DNA from: Carcharhinus amblyrhynchos
Taxonomy: Eukaryota
NCBI GenBank assembly: GCA_965287045.1
Contig: OZ336870.1
Span: forward strand, 130,448,001 to 130,512,000
DNA length: 64,000 nucleotides
Direction of reading: 5' to 3'
Shown: positions 35,803 through 48,570 of the stretch, in pieces
Position numbering within the stretch: position 1 is the stretch's first letter
How the letters are laid out: each line of letters begins with the position of its first letter
The notes under the pieces: model-generated
The model's input: only the letters and a program-made list of their open reading frames with translations
What the model was told of the DNA's origin: nothing
Database searches by the model: none
Position numbers and translations under genes: made by a program

Positions 35803-37022
35803 TCATCAACTTTGCTTCCATTTTCCACCCCTCTTCAGTTTCATGTGGTCCATCTCAACTCTTCCCTTTTTTAACTTCTCTGTCTCCGTTTCTAGCAATA
35901 GTGTACCAACTAATATTCACTATTAGTCCTCTGACTTCCACAGCTATCTCAACTACACTTCTTCACACCCTAGATTCTGTAAGGACTCGATTTCATTCTC
36001 CCAGTTTCTCCATTTCCATCACAACTGTTACAATGACACCATCTTCCACAACTCTTCTGATCTGCAATGTGACAGCATCTGTCTGGATCGTTACAAAATT
36101 CCTAACTTAGTCCTTGACTATGTCCATCACATTTCTGCTTTCACCCCTCCCCCTTCATCTCAGAACCACAATAGGGCTTACCTTCCCCTCACCTTCCAGC
36201 CACCATATTCCACTGTTCATTTTCTGCCATTGCCACCAACAAACACCTGCCCCTCCCCTCCTCTTTTGGCATTTCCAAGGGGCCATTCCCTCCATGGTAC
36301 CCTCATCGAGTCCTCAATCACACCCAACATCCCCTTTCCGCAACACCTTTCCAAGTAAATACAGGAGATGTAACAGTTGCCTTGTTACTTCTTCTCTCCT
36401 CACCATCTAAGCTCCCAAGCATCTCTTCCAGATGAAACAGCTATTTACTTCCTTCAACTTAGTCTGCTGTATTTGCTATTCACAATAGAACATAGTGGAG
36501 ACTAAAAAAGTTGGGTGACTGCTTGTGGAACACCTTTGCTCATTTTGCGAGAATGATGCCAAGCTTCCAGTGGCCTGTCATTTTAAGTCTCCACCTTGCT
36601 GTTGCACTGATATCTCTGTCCATGGTCTGCTGCACTGTTCCAGTGAAGCTGAATGGAAGCTTGAGGAATAGCATCTCATCTTTGAATGAGGCACTTAACA
36701 GCCTTCTGGACTCAACATTGAGTTCAATAATTTTAGACCTTTAACTCTGTTCATTTTATTTCCTTTTCTTTGCCTCTCTTATTTTTGCTTTCAAACAGTA
36801 GCACAGCTGACCTCAGCATATTTTTGTTTCTTTTCTTGCCCCTTGGCCCTGCATGGCTAACTCATCTGTCGTTTAACCTTTCCTGTCTTCTGCCTTATAG
36901 CGGACCTTCCATTTGTCCTTGTCAAAACCCCCCACCTGTTGTCCAAACCGTTCACATCTCCAACCTTTCCTAGTTCTTATGAAAGATTATCAACTTGAAA
37001 TGTTAACTCTGTTTCTATCTCT
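35803..37022 (+). mobile_element. Penelope-like element relic (RT C-terminal part plus GIY-YIG)
   Basis: Broken frames give INFAS.FHP, TNIHY.P.TSHSY-like RT segments and a GET..K..GD...EHL GIY-YIG-like segment near 36490-36540; ends in GAAATGTTAACTCTGTTTCT. Confidence 0.7.
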
Positions 37023-37237
37023 TATTTAATTAAAAGAGATTTGATTTAACTTGAGCTCAGAGCCCTTGGGTATGTTACAGGAAACCAGTCGTGTAATATC
37101 TTTCCTGCACAATTCCACTCAGTGGTAGAATTAATTATTCTGCACTCACTGATTTCACTCAATTCTGCTTTTTTGCAATTGCAGGAAGATGTGTTAATGT
37201 AACTGCTGAGGCTTATAGACATAAACCTACATAAATA

Positions 37238-37432
37238 TCATAGAATCATACAGTACAGAACAGGCCCTTTGGCCCATTGAGTCCGCACTGACACATTAGA
37301 AACACCTAAACTCCCGCCTAATACCATCTGTCAGCATTTGGCCCATAGCCCTGAATGTTATGGAGTGTCAAATGCTCATTCAGATACTTTTTGAAGGATG
37401 TGAGGCAGCCCACCTCTACCACCTTTCCAGGT
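37238..37432 (-). mobile_element. CR1 LINE 3' end fragment
   Basis: CATAGAATCATACAG...GGCCCTTTGGCCCA tail in reverse; minus-strand ORF has VVEVGCLTSFKKYLNEHL; a similar short 3' end lies at about 27878-27990. Confidence 0.75.
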
Positions 37433-38137
37433 GATGGTTTGGAACTACACAAAGAACAATGAACATTTTCTGTTCCTTTTCCTTCTAGGCAGAATACAAT
37501 CTTGCTGCCCTTCATGATAGTGGGATCTTGCGATCCTACTGACGGCACATCCCTGCTGCAGGTTTCCTGGAGGGGGGAGTATATTCAGTGGGAAATCCCA
37601 TTAACAATAGCAGATCCATAAGATTCCGCCAAGTGGCACACCCACTGCCTCCAAACATGCCGTGGAGAGGGAGAAAAATCCCACAACTGTTTCAAGTCAT
37701 TGAAATTTTTTTCTTCCAAACTCCAGCTTCTGCAATATTTTGCTTTCTTGCATTGATCTAACAGGAGGCTGCTTTATCTTCACTCACTTGGATCTCCCAA
37801 GTGCAAACACAGTAACCAATCCTTCCAAAGAAACCAATACTATTTACATTATCCCATAACAGAAATCTTTCCAGTTCTTTTTTAAAATCCTGTACTCAAT
37901 AAACACAGAGCTTCACTAAATTAAGTTGATTAAATTTTATCAACCACCATAAATTGGAAGAAATTCTTTGTTTATTTAGCTCAGATTATAAATTGTCCTT
38001 TGGCCCTGGATCTTAGACATTCTTTCCAAAGGAAGTCTTAGTATATACCCGATTCTGACATTTTAAAATCTTAAATAATTTCAAGGTGATGACAGTCACA
38101 CTGTAGATTCTCCAAATGTAATATGCCAACTTCCCAG

Positions 38138-38930
38138 GCATGACTCTCAGCTCTGGTAGTACTCTGAATCAGAGGATCATGGGCTCAAACACCACTCCAG
38201 AAACTTGAGTATATAAGCTTGACTGACGTTCCAGTGCACTCTTTATGTTAGTGCATTTCCCAATGTGACACATTTTGATGCCTCAGAATTTGTCACCCCA
38301 GAATGAAAATTGGGGGAGAGTTAGAATATTGTTTGCGGGGTGGGGGGCAGCATAACATTTGTTCACCAAGGAGGAGGAGGGTTAAAACTTCTGATTTTGC
38401 ACTGAAGAAAAGCAAAGGCCCACCTTTTTCCAACCCGTGATTATAGAACAGTTGATTAAGCCGCACCCACTATCAGATTTTAATTTTAAAACCCAGCAAT
38501 AAAAGGTGCCTCACAGCTGTGAAAATTCAGTCTGTGCTCCATGACTGACATTGCCTCCTCAGAGCTCACAATCCCCAATCTCATCCCACAACCCTACTGG
38601 GGATCAAAACCTTCAGTTTGGAACCCCTGCCTTAAGTAATGCTACAATGCGAGAGATGCCATCTTTCAATCTTTCAGACAAGGCAATAAACCAAATTCCT
38701 GTTTGCCCTTTCAGGTGGATGTAAACTTTATACTTTTTAAAAGAGTTCTCCTGATTCCTGATTAATATTTATTTCTGAAGCAACATCTATTGGTTATTTA
38801 TCTCATTGCTGATCTTGGGACCTTGTCTTTGTAAATCAGCAGATAGATTTATTTTTGTAAATACTTAATTGATCGTGAAGCACTTTGAGATGGCCTATGG
38901 ATATGACAAACTCTATATAAATGCAATTAC
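38138..38930 (+). mobile_element. DeuSINE relic split by an internal insertion (about 38240-38640)
   Basis: Head TCTGAATCAGAGG...CCACTCCAGAAACTTGAG resumes as GATGCCATCTTTC...CAGGTGGATGTAAA; L2-like tail GTGAAGCACTTTGAGA...CTATATAAATGCAA. Confidence 0.6.
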
Positions 38931-41900
38931 TTTCTTTTATGATTAGTTTCAGAATTATTGGTGCTGTCCTGTTTCGCTTCACACTCTGATCATTGAACCA
39001 AAATAGTTCAAATATCAAACATCAAATATTTTGTGCCTCTCAGAGACTAATTGTTGCATTTTCCTCCATTCCCCAATTTTAGTGATGATTATAAAATCAC
39101 CTTCCGCTTGCTTGCTTTTTGATAAAATTAGCAAATGAAGGAAAATATTCTTCTGCCGCTTTTAAGGAAGAGGACCTTAAAACTTTAATTTTCAATTCCT
39201 GCCAATGCATCTTAAAATTCTGTTTAATAATTTTAGTAATTAAGTTAATAAATTAATTTCACATTGAAGACAGATTTTTAAAGACAGCGCCTTATTACTG
39301 TCTTTTTTAAGACAAGGATTTTGTTCATTTCCATGGAAACCAACATTTAAAAGAGTTTCTGGATTTATTTTTGAAAATAGGTTATACTAAATTAATTGTT
39401 TTCATCTGTCACCTGTTGGCCCTTCATCATTAACTTGAAACTGGCAACTGGAAAGTGAAACTAAGCAATATGTGCATTTGCCTCCAGGCTCACATTGATT
39501 TGGAATTTAATTCATTGTCTTCTGAAGACTACACATGCCAATGAAACGGCATTAGTAAGTTATTATTGAGGCTGCGCAGAAGTATTAAAAAATGGCATCA
39601 CTTGAATATTATGTAGTGAAGAAATTAAATAACCACAGTAAGGATCACAAGACAAGTTCTCATTTAATACTTAAGACAAAGTAAAACAAATCTATTTCCG
39701 ACTATAACAACAGACAAATTGATTCACAAGCTGATTCAGAATCAGACACAGAAACATACTGAGCTACTCTCTATTCCCAGTTACCCCTTTCTGGCCTCCC
39801 TCCATGCAAAATAATGTGCAGGAACTGCACTGGAGAGCCAGCAGCGATTTATTATTCACTAATATTAGTCCGGACCTACCCATAATTTCACAGGAACATA
39901 TATCATTCAAGGAAGAGACCAATACTCTACATTCATCAAACAATTTGATAAGACTTGCTGTTGTACTCTTTTAGATAGCTGTTAGTCCAAAAATCTTGCT
40001 TCCAGTCATTGTGGAATTTAATATTTTTCAGGCAATGACATGCAGTTTACTATCTGAAGTATAATCCTACCATAATAGTGCCATTCTTAGAGCAAGGACA
40101 TGTCTTGCTGCACGTAGTGATGCTCCATGTGTAGAATAGAGAAAGGATAAAAAAACAATGGAAACAGTAAACTGGTGACCCTATTATCTACTATAGCAAT
40201 AACATTTCTAGGTCAGCAACAAGCAGTGTTTCACAGGCTGGGGAAGACCCAGCAGAATTGAAACAAAATCAATCTTTATTTAGTACATATTTCTTGCTCT
40301 GTGCTAGGAGACTGCAGCAAATCGTGCAAAGGCTGCCGGGATCGGGATGCAGCAGTCATCTGCGATGAGATTTGCTGCTTTGCTGTAAATCATCAATCAG
40401 CACTCTTAAAGGCCCACAATCACTGAGTTAAATCAGTGGGATAAGCATGTGAAGCCCTTACAGGCATAGTTGCTGTGGTACATCTGGCACACAACGACTG
40501 AATATCTACTTAAATAACTCACAAAACAATGAGTTCAAGCCAACAATAGAGTTGTGCAATTTTTATTTTTTTTAATGCCTGCCACAAACTAACAAGATTA
40601 TCCATGGCTGTTAATGAATAGTGCGCTAAATGTGACCTATTTTGAATCCTAATCTGCTTGTATGAAGAACTGCTCAATACGCCAAACTGTTTTTCAATAA
40701 TGCCTATCCTATTTTATATTCTAATTTTTCTAGTTAAAGCAATCACTACCAACCTACTAAACACAGTTGAAGTTTTACATCCAATCTAAGTCTGTTATTC
40801 TCTTTAAGCAATCTTTGTGATACCCAAATTGGATTATTAATTTTAATTTTTGGAGCTAACTCTTTGAATTCTACACTGTTTATTAAACTGTTTCTCATTT
40901 TTAAACTTTGCTTTCTTTCAGAATATCCCCTCTATTTTCTTAGAGTTATATACAGATATATGAACCAGGAACAGGAATAGGCCATTCAGCCCCTTACTCC
41001 TGTTTTGCCATTCAACACAGTCATTGATTCCTTGCTATTTTGACTGGTTTTGTAAAGCCAAATGCCTGTGGTAAACACGCTGGGATAAGATTTCTTATCA
41101 ATAAGATTCAAAAATATACACCACCATGACAAGTAAATCTGTCAATGTGGATTCTTGTAAAATTGTATCTGAAGCAAACAAAATATATTTACACACTTTC
41201 GCAAGTTTCCTTTCTTGATTGAATGCCCTGTGATCTAACACTGTTTAACGGACCATTGCAGCAAGAGGAAAAAAGTATTAATGTGGCAGCTGTAAAGAAA
41301 GAACTGGCATTGAATTTGGACTAATATGTATTATGTAAAATTACCACCGCAACAGCAGTGTACATCTGATAGAAATGTAATTTTTTTGATGCTTCAAGCT
41401 GAATAAGCACAAAATCATTGAGATGTCTGCCTGTGGTGGGTCAATACATCTTCTCTCACATTACTATTCCCCCTCTCTGTTCTGCACCCTCCCCCACAAT
41501 ATCTGATAAAAGGATTCCATTTAGCTCTATTCTTTTTTCCCTAATGCCCCCTCAAACATAAAAAGAACAGACTTCAGCTGCTTTACAATTCCTTCGATTG
41601 ATGCCATTGAAAGCCTCCAACACACTTCAGAAACACACTACTCTGATCCATCTTTCTTTCATTTACCGCCATCACACAACTTTATATCTGTTAAAATGAT
41701 TCTCCCTACCCCAATCCCTAGTTACTGTACACATGGAAGCTGTTTGCATTCCCTGTGATCTGATCAGTCACATAGAACAGTTTGTGATCTTTGTGGCTCA
41801 CTCTGACAGACTGCTACCATGGCAACTTCCATGCTTGCTGGGAAAGGCGTCGCTGCTGTTACTGTGAGGTCGCATCACCAGACAATGCTGCTTAGCTCAG

Positions 41901-42589
41901 AAAGATTAGTGACTCCAACCAGTGTTCCATTCTTAATCTCTATTTTTAATTATTTCCAAAATATGCACTGCACTCAAAATCAATACCAGACTCCCATCTG
42001 GTACTAGTTACACTCAGGCAATTTTCAAAAGTATTTCTGACATTAAAATTGAACCCACTTCAAATTAACACAAAGTGATACACAGCCATGGATTATGGAA
42101 ATCTGAGGAATCCTATCTGGCCTCCCAAATATGTGCAGCAGTAAATCAACAATTACAACATTGAGAATGCTTTTTTTCTGGAAGTACATCTATATCTGCC
42201 ATGTTGAAGGGATTTGTGACTTTAAAAAATGATTTTTAACAACTACCTTTCAGGCAAATGGATGTGTGTGTGTGTTTACTGTGTGTAGTTCGCACAAAAT
42301 TGTGGATTTATTAGGAGCAAATAATAGTGCTCTAATGGATCTTAATCATGTAACACTCATATCTGTAAACCTGTGGATGTTTTTATTCCTTTAAATCCTC
42401 TCTGTTAATGAAGACTGGTACATCATTTACTCTCAGGTCTCTGGTACTCTGTAACCAACCAGAGGGTGGTACACATGAAAACCCTGATGAATAGCTGTGA
42501 TTTTTCATCCATTTTCTCAGGGAAGCAATTTGTTTATCTGTATGTCTCAGTCAGGTTAGGAGTGGCAACTTTCCTCCCTGCATGACAAT

Positions 42590-43745
42590 GGAGGAGAATG
42601 CAGGTAATTGCACTACTAACAGGACTTGACATCAAGACAGCATTTGACCAAGAATGGCACCGAGGAGCCCTAGCAAAACTGGAGTCAATGGGAATCAAGG
42701 GGAAAACTCACCATTGGTTGAAGCCATTCTTAGCAGAGAGGAAGATGGTTGTGGTTGTTGGAGGTCAATCATCTCAGCTCCAGGAAATCACTGCAGGTGT
42801 TTCTCAGGGTAGTGTCCTAACCCAACCGTCTTCAGCTGCTTTCATCAATGATCTTCCTTCCATCATAAGATTAGAAGTGGGGATATTCACTGACAACTGC
42901 ACAATGTTCAGGACCATTTGGAACTCCTCAGACACTGAGGCAATCCATGCCCAAATGCAGCAAGATTTGGACAATATTCAGGTTTGGGTTGACAAATGGC
43001 AAGTAACATTCGTGCCATCCAAGTGCTAGGCAATGAGCATCTCCAACAAGAGAGAATCTACCCATCATTCCTTGACATTCAATGGCATTGCCACTGCTGA
43101 ATCCCCCACTATGAAGATCCTGGGGGTTACCATTGACCAGAAACTGAACTAGACTAACCATATAAATATATGGCTACAAGAGCAGGTCAGGGGTTAGGAA
43201 TCGTGCAGTGAGTAACTCACCTCCCGAGTCCCAAAGTCTATCCATCATCTAAATAGCACAAATTCGGAATATGATGGAATGCTCTCCCCTTGCCTGGATG
43301 AGTGCAACTTCAACAACACTCAAGAAGCTTAACAGCATCCATGACAAAGCAGTCCACTTGATTAGCACCCCATCCACAAACATTCTCTCCCTCCAACACT
43401 GATGCATAGTAGCAACAGTATGTACCATCTACAAAATGCATAGCAGGAACTCACTGAGTCTCATTAGACAGCATCTTCCAAACCCACAACTACTATCTAG
43501 AATGGCCAGGGCAACAGATACATTGGAACCCCATCATCTGGAAGTTCCCATCCAAGCCAAACACCATTCTGAATTGAAAATATATTGTGTCCTTCAGTGT
43601 CACAGAGTCAGAATCCTGGAACTCTTACACTGTGAGTATATCTACACCATATGGAGTACAGCAGGTCAAGAAGGCAGCTCACCACAATCTTCTCAGGGCA
43701 TTTAGAAAAGTGCAATAAATGCTGGCCCAGCCAGTAAAGCCCAGT
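42590..43745 (+). mobile_element. Non-LTR retrotransposon (CR1/L2 group) 3' part with RT
   Basis: ORF 42598-43029 LDIKTAFDQEWH...AGVSQGSVL...FINDLP...FTDNC...QQDLDNI...WQVTF; followed by LGVTIDQKL segment and tail GCAATAAATGCTGGCCCAGCC. Confidence 0.88.
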
Positions 43746-45525
43746 AATCCCGCAAATATTAACACACGTTACTGTGGATACACTTTACAGATTGAAACAT
43801 AGATTTTTAAAATAACTATTTTTACAGTAATTACATAAGATTCAATAGATATAGTTGGAACTGGTTTCACAACATTTCCCAACAGCTACACGGCAGAAAA
43901 CTAGAAAATGCAAAATATTTTAGAATGATATGAATGCATAGCAGAAACAGATCTTGACCCTATGCTGTGATGTTAGTACATAATGTTTAATATATTGATA
44001 TTACATCCTTTAAGCTGCGACTTTAATATTTGAAACAAACAATTCCTCATACAACTTGGAGAGCATGATGAAGCTGGGTGTATCAGCACCGATTTGCATC
44101 AATCACTGGGACTAATATTTAGACAGATCCAAGGTTAACAAAGAATAGGCCTGGCTATTTTTATCTGGATCAGTGGGTTATCAAATTTAGCAATAATTCA
44201 AAAAAAAGTAAGTATTTCTTTCTATGGAAAGAAGGGATAAAGAACTTGAAATGTGGCTCTGAGATACTGGTAAGATATAGAGGCCCCTACTATGCTGTGA
44301 TTTTAGCTAAGGGTGCAACTTCCAATATCAGCCAAAAACTGTCAATATCAGATTAACCACTCCTACTAGCTCCACGAGTAAAGTTGCAACCTCTGAGTCT
44401 CATCTGATTTCAAACCCCTGCCTTCTCCCCCTACTCCTTTCCTACCCGAAGACCTTCCTAAAACACCAACACCGCTACTTATGTGGAGTTTTGTCTCCTG
44501 GTGATTGTTCTGCACTCATTTCCCAAGTAAAGTGAATGGGTAGCATTAAAATGAGGCACAGGAGTTAAAATGTCCCAGGTCTGAAACTTAGGACAGCAAG
44601 TGTGTTTCACACTTAAAATTGACTCTTGACTTTGAGATGAGTTGTGTGCTTGGTGGGGAGCTGGGGGTTACTAATGGCTTCCTCACAAGAAGGAAATTAA
44701 AATAAAAATGTAATGAAAACTGGAGGAGTGTTACCCTTTGTTATTTGCACAAGAGGGCAATAGGTGAAGGCTTTAAAAAAAAGTCAGCATCTTGATCCCT
44801 TGACTAGGGAACAGTTTATTATAGGAGGAAGACTTTAAAAAGGGGGGTTAAGTATAAATATGAACTTTCTAATTTGGCCGCTAGCTCTGTGAATATTAAA
44901 ATACAACTTTGGGAGTCTGCTTGTATACTTATCTGTTTACACAGATGGTGCAGGAAACAACTAATCACCAAGTGATAGTAGTTGTCCAGTTCTGGGATTA
45001 TGACCAAATTAATGAAATATTCTGATGTTGTGAATTACTCTCTAAAATACTTTGTGAAACTCTGAAAAGCTTAAAAGCAAAAAAAAATCATTATTTAATT
45101 CATTTTTTTGTTGTTACATATCTAATGAAACTGGAATAATTTTCCATATTCTTATACAAACCAACTATTGCAAAGGTAGCAATATAGAACAGGTTTGAGT
45201 GTAAAATTCAAGGTCAATTGCATGAATTGAATTAGAACTAATTCTATGGGCAGGATTATCCAGCCCTTCCTGCCGGCAGGATTTTCCAGTCCTGCTGAAG
45301 GTGACCACCTGCAGCAGGATGGGCGAGCCAAGCAAAATGGTGTAGACATCAGCCAGACCAGAAGGTTCCACCGACAACCAGTAGGAAGCCGCCTCCACCT
45401 CCAGAAAACAAGCCACAGGGGGTGATAGAAAATCACACCCTATGTGACAACTATTCACAAATATAAAAACATTCCTATTAATCTGAATGCAGTCAACAAT
45501 CCTGCAGTCAGTTTTTTAGTTCTAC

Positions 45526-46170
45526 ATGAGGAAAGCTGGCCTTCATAGCAAGAGGATTTGTGTATAGAAGTAGGGATGTCTTGCTGCTGTTATACACTGC
45601 CCTAGTGAAGCCACACCTTGAGTAGTGTGTGCAGTTTTGGTCTCTTAGTTTGAGGGAGGACACTCTTGCTATTGAGGGAGTCCAGTGAAGGTTCATCAGA
45701 CAGATTCCCGGAATGGCAGGCTGACAGACTGGATCGTCTTGACTTGAACTCACTGGAGTTTAGAAGAATGAAGCATGAGAGAGGACCTTATAGAAATATA
45801 AAATCCTGATGGGACTGGACAGGCTAGATGGGGGAAGAATGTTCCTGACATTGGAGAAGTCCAGAACTAGGGGTCACAGTCTAAGAATAAGGGGTAATCC
45901 ATTCAGAACTGAGATGAAGAAGAACTTCTTCACTCAGAGAGTTGTGGACCTGTGGGATTTTTTTAACCACAGAAAGCTGTTGGGGCCAGTTTGTTAGATG
46001 TGTTCAAGAGGGAGAGCTGGACATAGCCCTTGCAGCTAAAGGGATCAGGGGGTATGCAGAAAAGGCTGGAGTGGGATACTGAAAGTGCTTGATTAGCCAT
46101 GATCATATTGAATGGTGGTGCAGGCTCGAAGGGCCGAATGGCCTACTCCTACACCTATTTTCTATGTTTA
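45526..46170 (+). mobile_element. CR1 LINE 3' fragment
   Basis: LLLYTALVKPHLE*CVQFW, SRTRGHSLRIRG..FRTEMKKNFFTQRVV; tail GGGCCGAATGGCCTACTCCT...TTCTATG. Confidence 0.88.
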
Positions 46171-47149
46171 TATCATGGAGCTGAAAATCCTTGGAACACA
46201 ACCCTGACCAATGGCTCTTTTAAATTACTTCAGACCATGTGTTCCTAATATTATAAAAGGATATTTCCCAAATAAACAATTCATAATGAATAAAGAGTGG
46301 TGGAGGAAAATAAGTCTCTGTTAGATCATATAAAATCATCTAGAATTAGTGAACTGGCACCAACAGCGCACAAAGCTGTGCAGTTTGGAAACAGGATGTG
46401 AAACAAGTATTAGCAATTGTAGATCAGGAATCCAAAAGCTGTTTCAGACACTGGGATTAAACTATTTCTTTTATGGCAGTAATCTGGGCTGGGAGATTTC
46501 CTGACATCATGATCTGCCTTCTGCCTGGCAGTGCCAGCCCATGCTATTTTCCTGTTGGGATGTTAGGGATAGGCTGAAGTTGGGGTTGAAACTTTCCAAA
46601 GCAGGAACGCGGCATGAATGGATGATGAGGTGAGTAGATTAGAAGGCCCACCTCAGTTCACTGCGATATCAGTCTAGTTCTGTCAATGAGTGTTACACAC
46701 TCCACCTCCCACTCCTTAGCCCCTTCCCCTGCCATGCCCCCTTCCATAACCATTTACCCAATATCCACTATAGACAGAACTCATAAGCCTGAAGTATAAT
46801 GAGATACTTATTAAACAGTCATTCAGAAATCTCTTCAAAACACCCAAGTCCTCTTACAAGAACTGCCAATCAAATCTTAATCCTCTTCATTGGTGAGTAA
46901 AACTGTCAAAATAAACGGCCATTCATAAATCTCTTCAACAAACAATCCTCATAGGAACTCATAAAGCTGTCAATCAAAACAAATCTCACAGTCCCTTTGA
47001 CAGCTTAATCAAGAATCTCTGCTGAGCTGAATCCTTTAGTGGGACATGGTGCTCACTCACAATGATTCCATTGCACAGCTATGTCATCAAAACCTTTGAA
47101 ATAGAGGATTAATGACAGAGTGCATTGGTGCTCAAACTTAGTACATTAT

Positions 47150-47340
47150 CAGCTGTGACTCAGTGGTAGCATCCTAGCCAGAGTCAGAAGGCTCCTTGAT
47201 CAAGCCCCATTCCAAATCCATGCGAACAGTTCAGGGATTGCTACACTGTCAGAGGTGCTGTCTTTCAGATGAGATGTTAAACAAACATGTCTGCCATCTC
47301 AGATGAAGTTCTGAGTTCCTAAATCATTACTTCAAGGAGC
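47150..47340 (+). mobile_element. DeuSINE 5' fragment
   Basis: GTGACTCAGTGGTAGCA...GAGTCAGAAGG...GAGGTGCTGTCTTTCAGATGAGATGTTAAAC. Confidence 0.6.
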
Positions 47341-47934
47341 ACAATAATAGGGTATTAGCAACTAAGGCCATTAATGGGAAAATAATAAAAAGTTAAAATT
47401 AAAGGTGTTGGATGAAATTTTACCAAAAATTGGCAAAGTATTAGGTTCTGACTGAAAACAAGCATGTTTCTCCCCAGAGAAACAGCCAGATTTTCTCTCC
47501 AGATCTAATGATGCTGTCAAAAAAAAGCAGGGGGTCATGTTTGCACCATCATTCTTTGATATTTGGTGAGAATACTATTTTTTTGCTTCTGCCAAATTCA
47601 ACAGCGCATCACAATTCCCACGAGGGGCTAATGATCCTGATGAATCACCCCAGTATGTAAATGATTGAGAATTTAATGAATTTAACCTAACTGCAGATGA
47701 TCTGTGGATTTTAAGCACAAAATGCAGAGTGCAAACTTTTCATCTTTATGATTGAAATTAAGGAGACCTGCATTTAGCAATGTATTGTCATTATATGTAT
47801 ACTGACATATTCATAACTGCGCAATCCTTTTATACATGTTTATTTTAAGGATTGTCTACAGGTTATGAATTATGATTAATCGCTTTATTTGTATTGTCAT
47901 CACAATTAGCATCATGATGATTTTTCAATAAATC

Positions 47935-48570
47935 ATTAAGTATCTATCTAGGAAAGAAAATGGTACCTTAGCTATTTTGGAATACAAGAGTGAAAAAGTC
48001 TCACTACAGTTATAAAGGACATCGGTGAGGCTTCATCTGGAGTTGTGTGTATAGTCTTGGTATCTTTCACTAAAGAAATACATACAAGAGAATGCAACAA
48101 AAGTTCATGAGATTACTTCCTGACATGAGGGGATTGTTCTGTCAGAAGAGATTGAGAAAACTTGGCCTATATTCCCTAGAATTCAGAAGAATAAGGGATG
48201 ATCCAATTGAAACATAAAATTCTTAGGGGGCTTAACTGAGCAAATGCTGAGAAAATGTTTTTCCAGGCTGGGGAGTCTAGAACATGGGGTTATAATCTTA
48301 GAATAAGGCATTGGCCATTTATGAGATGGGGAATAATTTCTTCACTCAAAAGATTGTGAATCTTTGGAATTTTCTGTTGCAGTGAGCTCTGTCTTGGAGT
48401 ATATTCAGGACACAGATCAATAGATTTTGGGGTGATGAGGAAATTGAGGGATATGGAAGTAGTGCAAGATGATGGAGTTGAGGTGTAAGATCCACCATGA
48501 TCTTGTAGAAAGGCAGAGCAGGTTTGAAAGGCCAGATGGCCTTCTCCAGGTCCAATTCCCTTTATCATGT
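47935..48570 (+). mobile_element. CR1 LINE 3' fragment
   Basis: Colinear with 45526-46170 and with the reverse complement of 50020-50700; ends in GGCCAGATGGCCTTCTCC tail. Confidence 0.82.

Noticed and set aside
42598-43029. 143-aa RT-like ORF as a host gene
   Set aside because: Truncated LINE fragment with a degenerate catalytic motif (FTDN) and downstream stops and frameshifts
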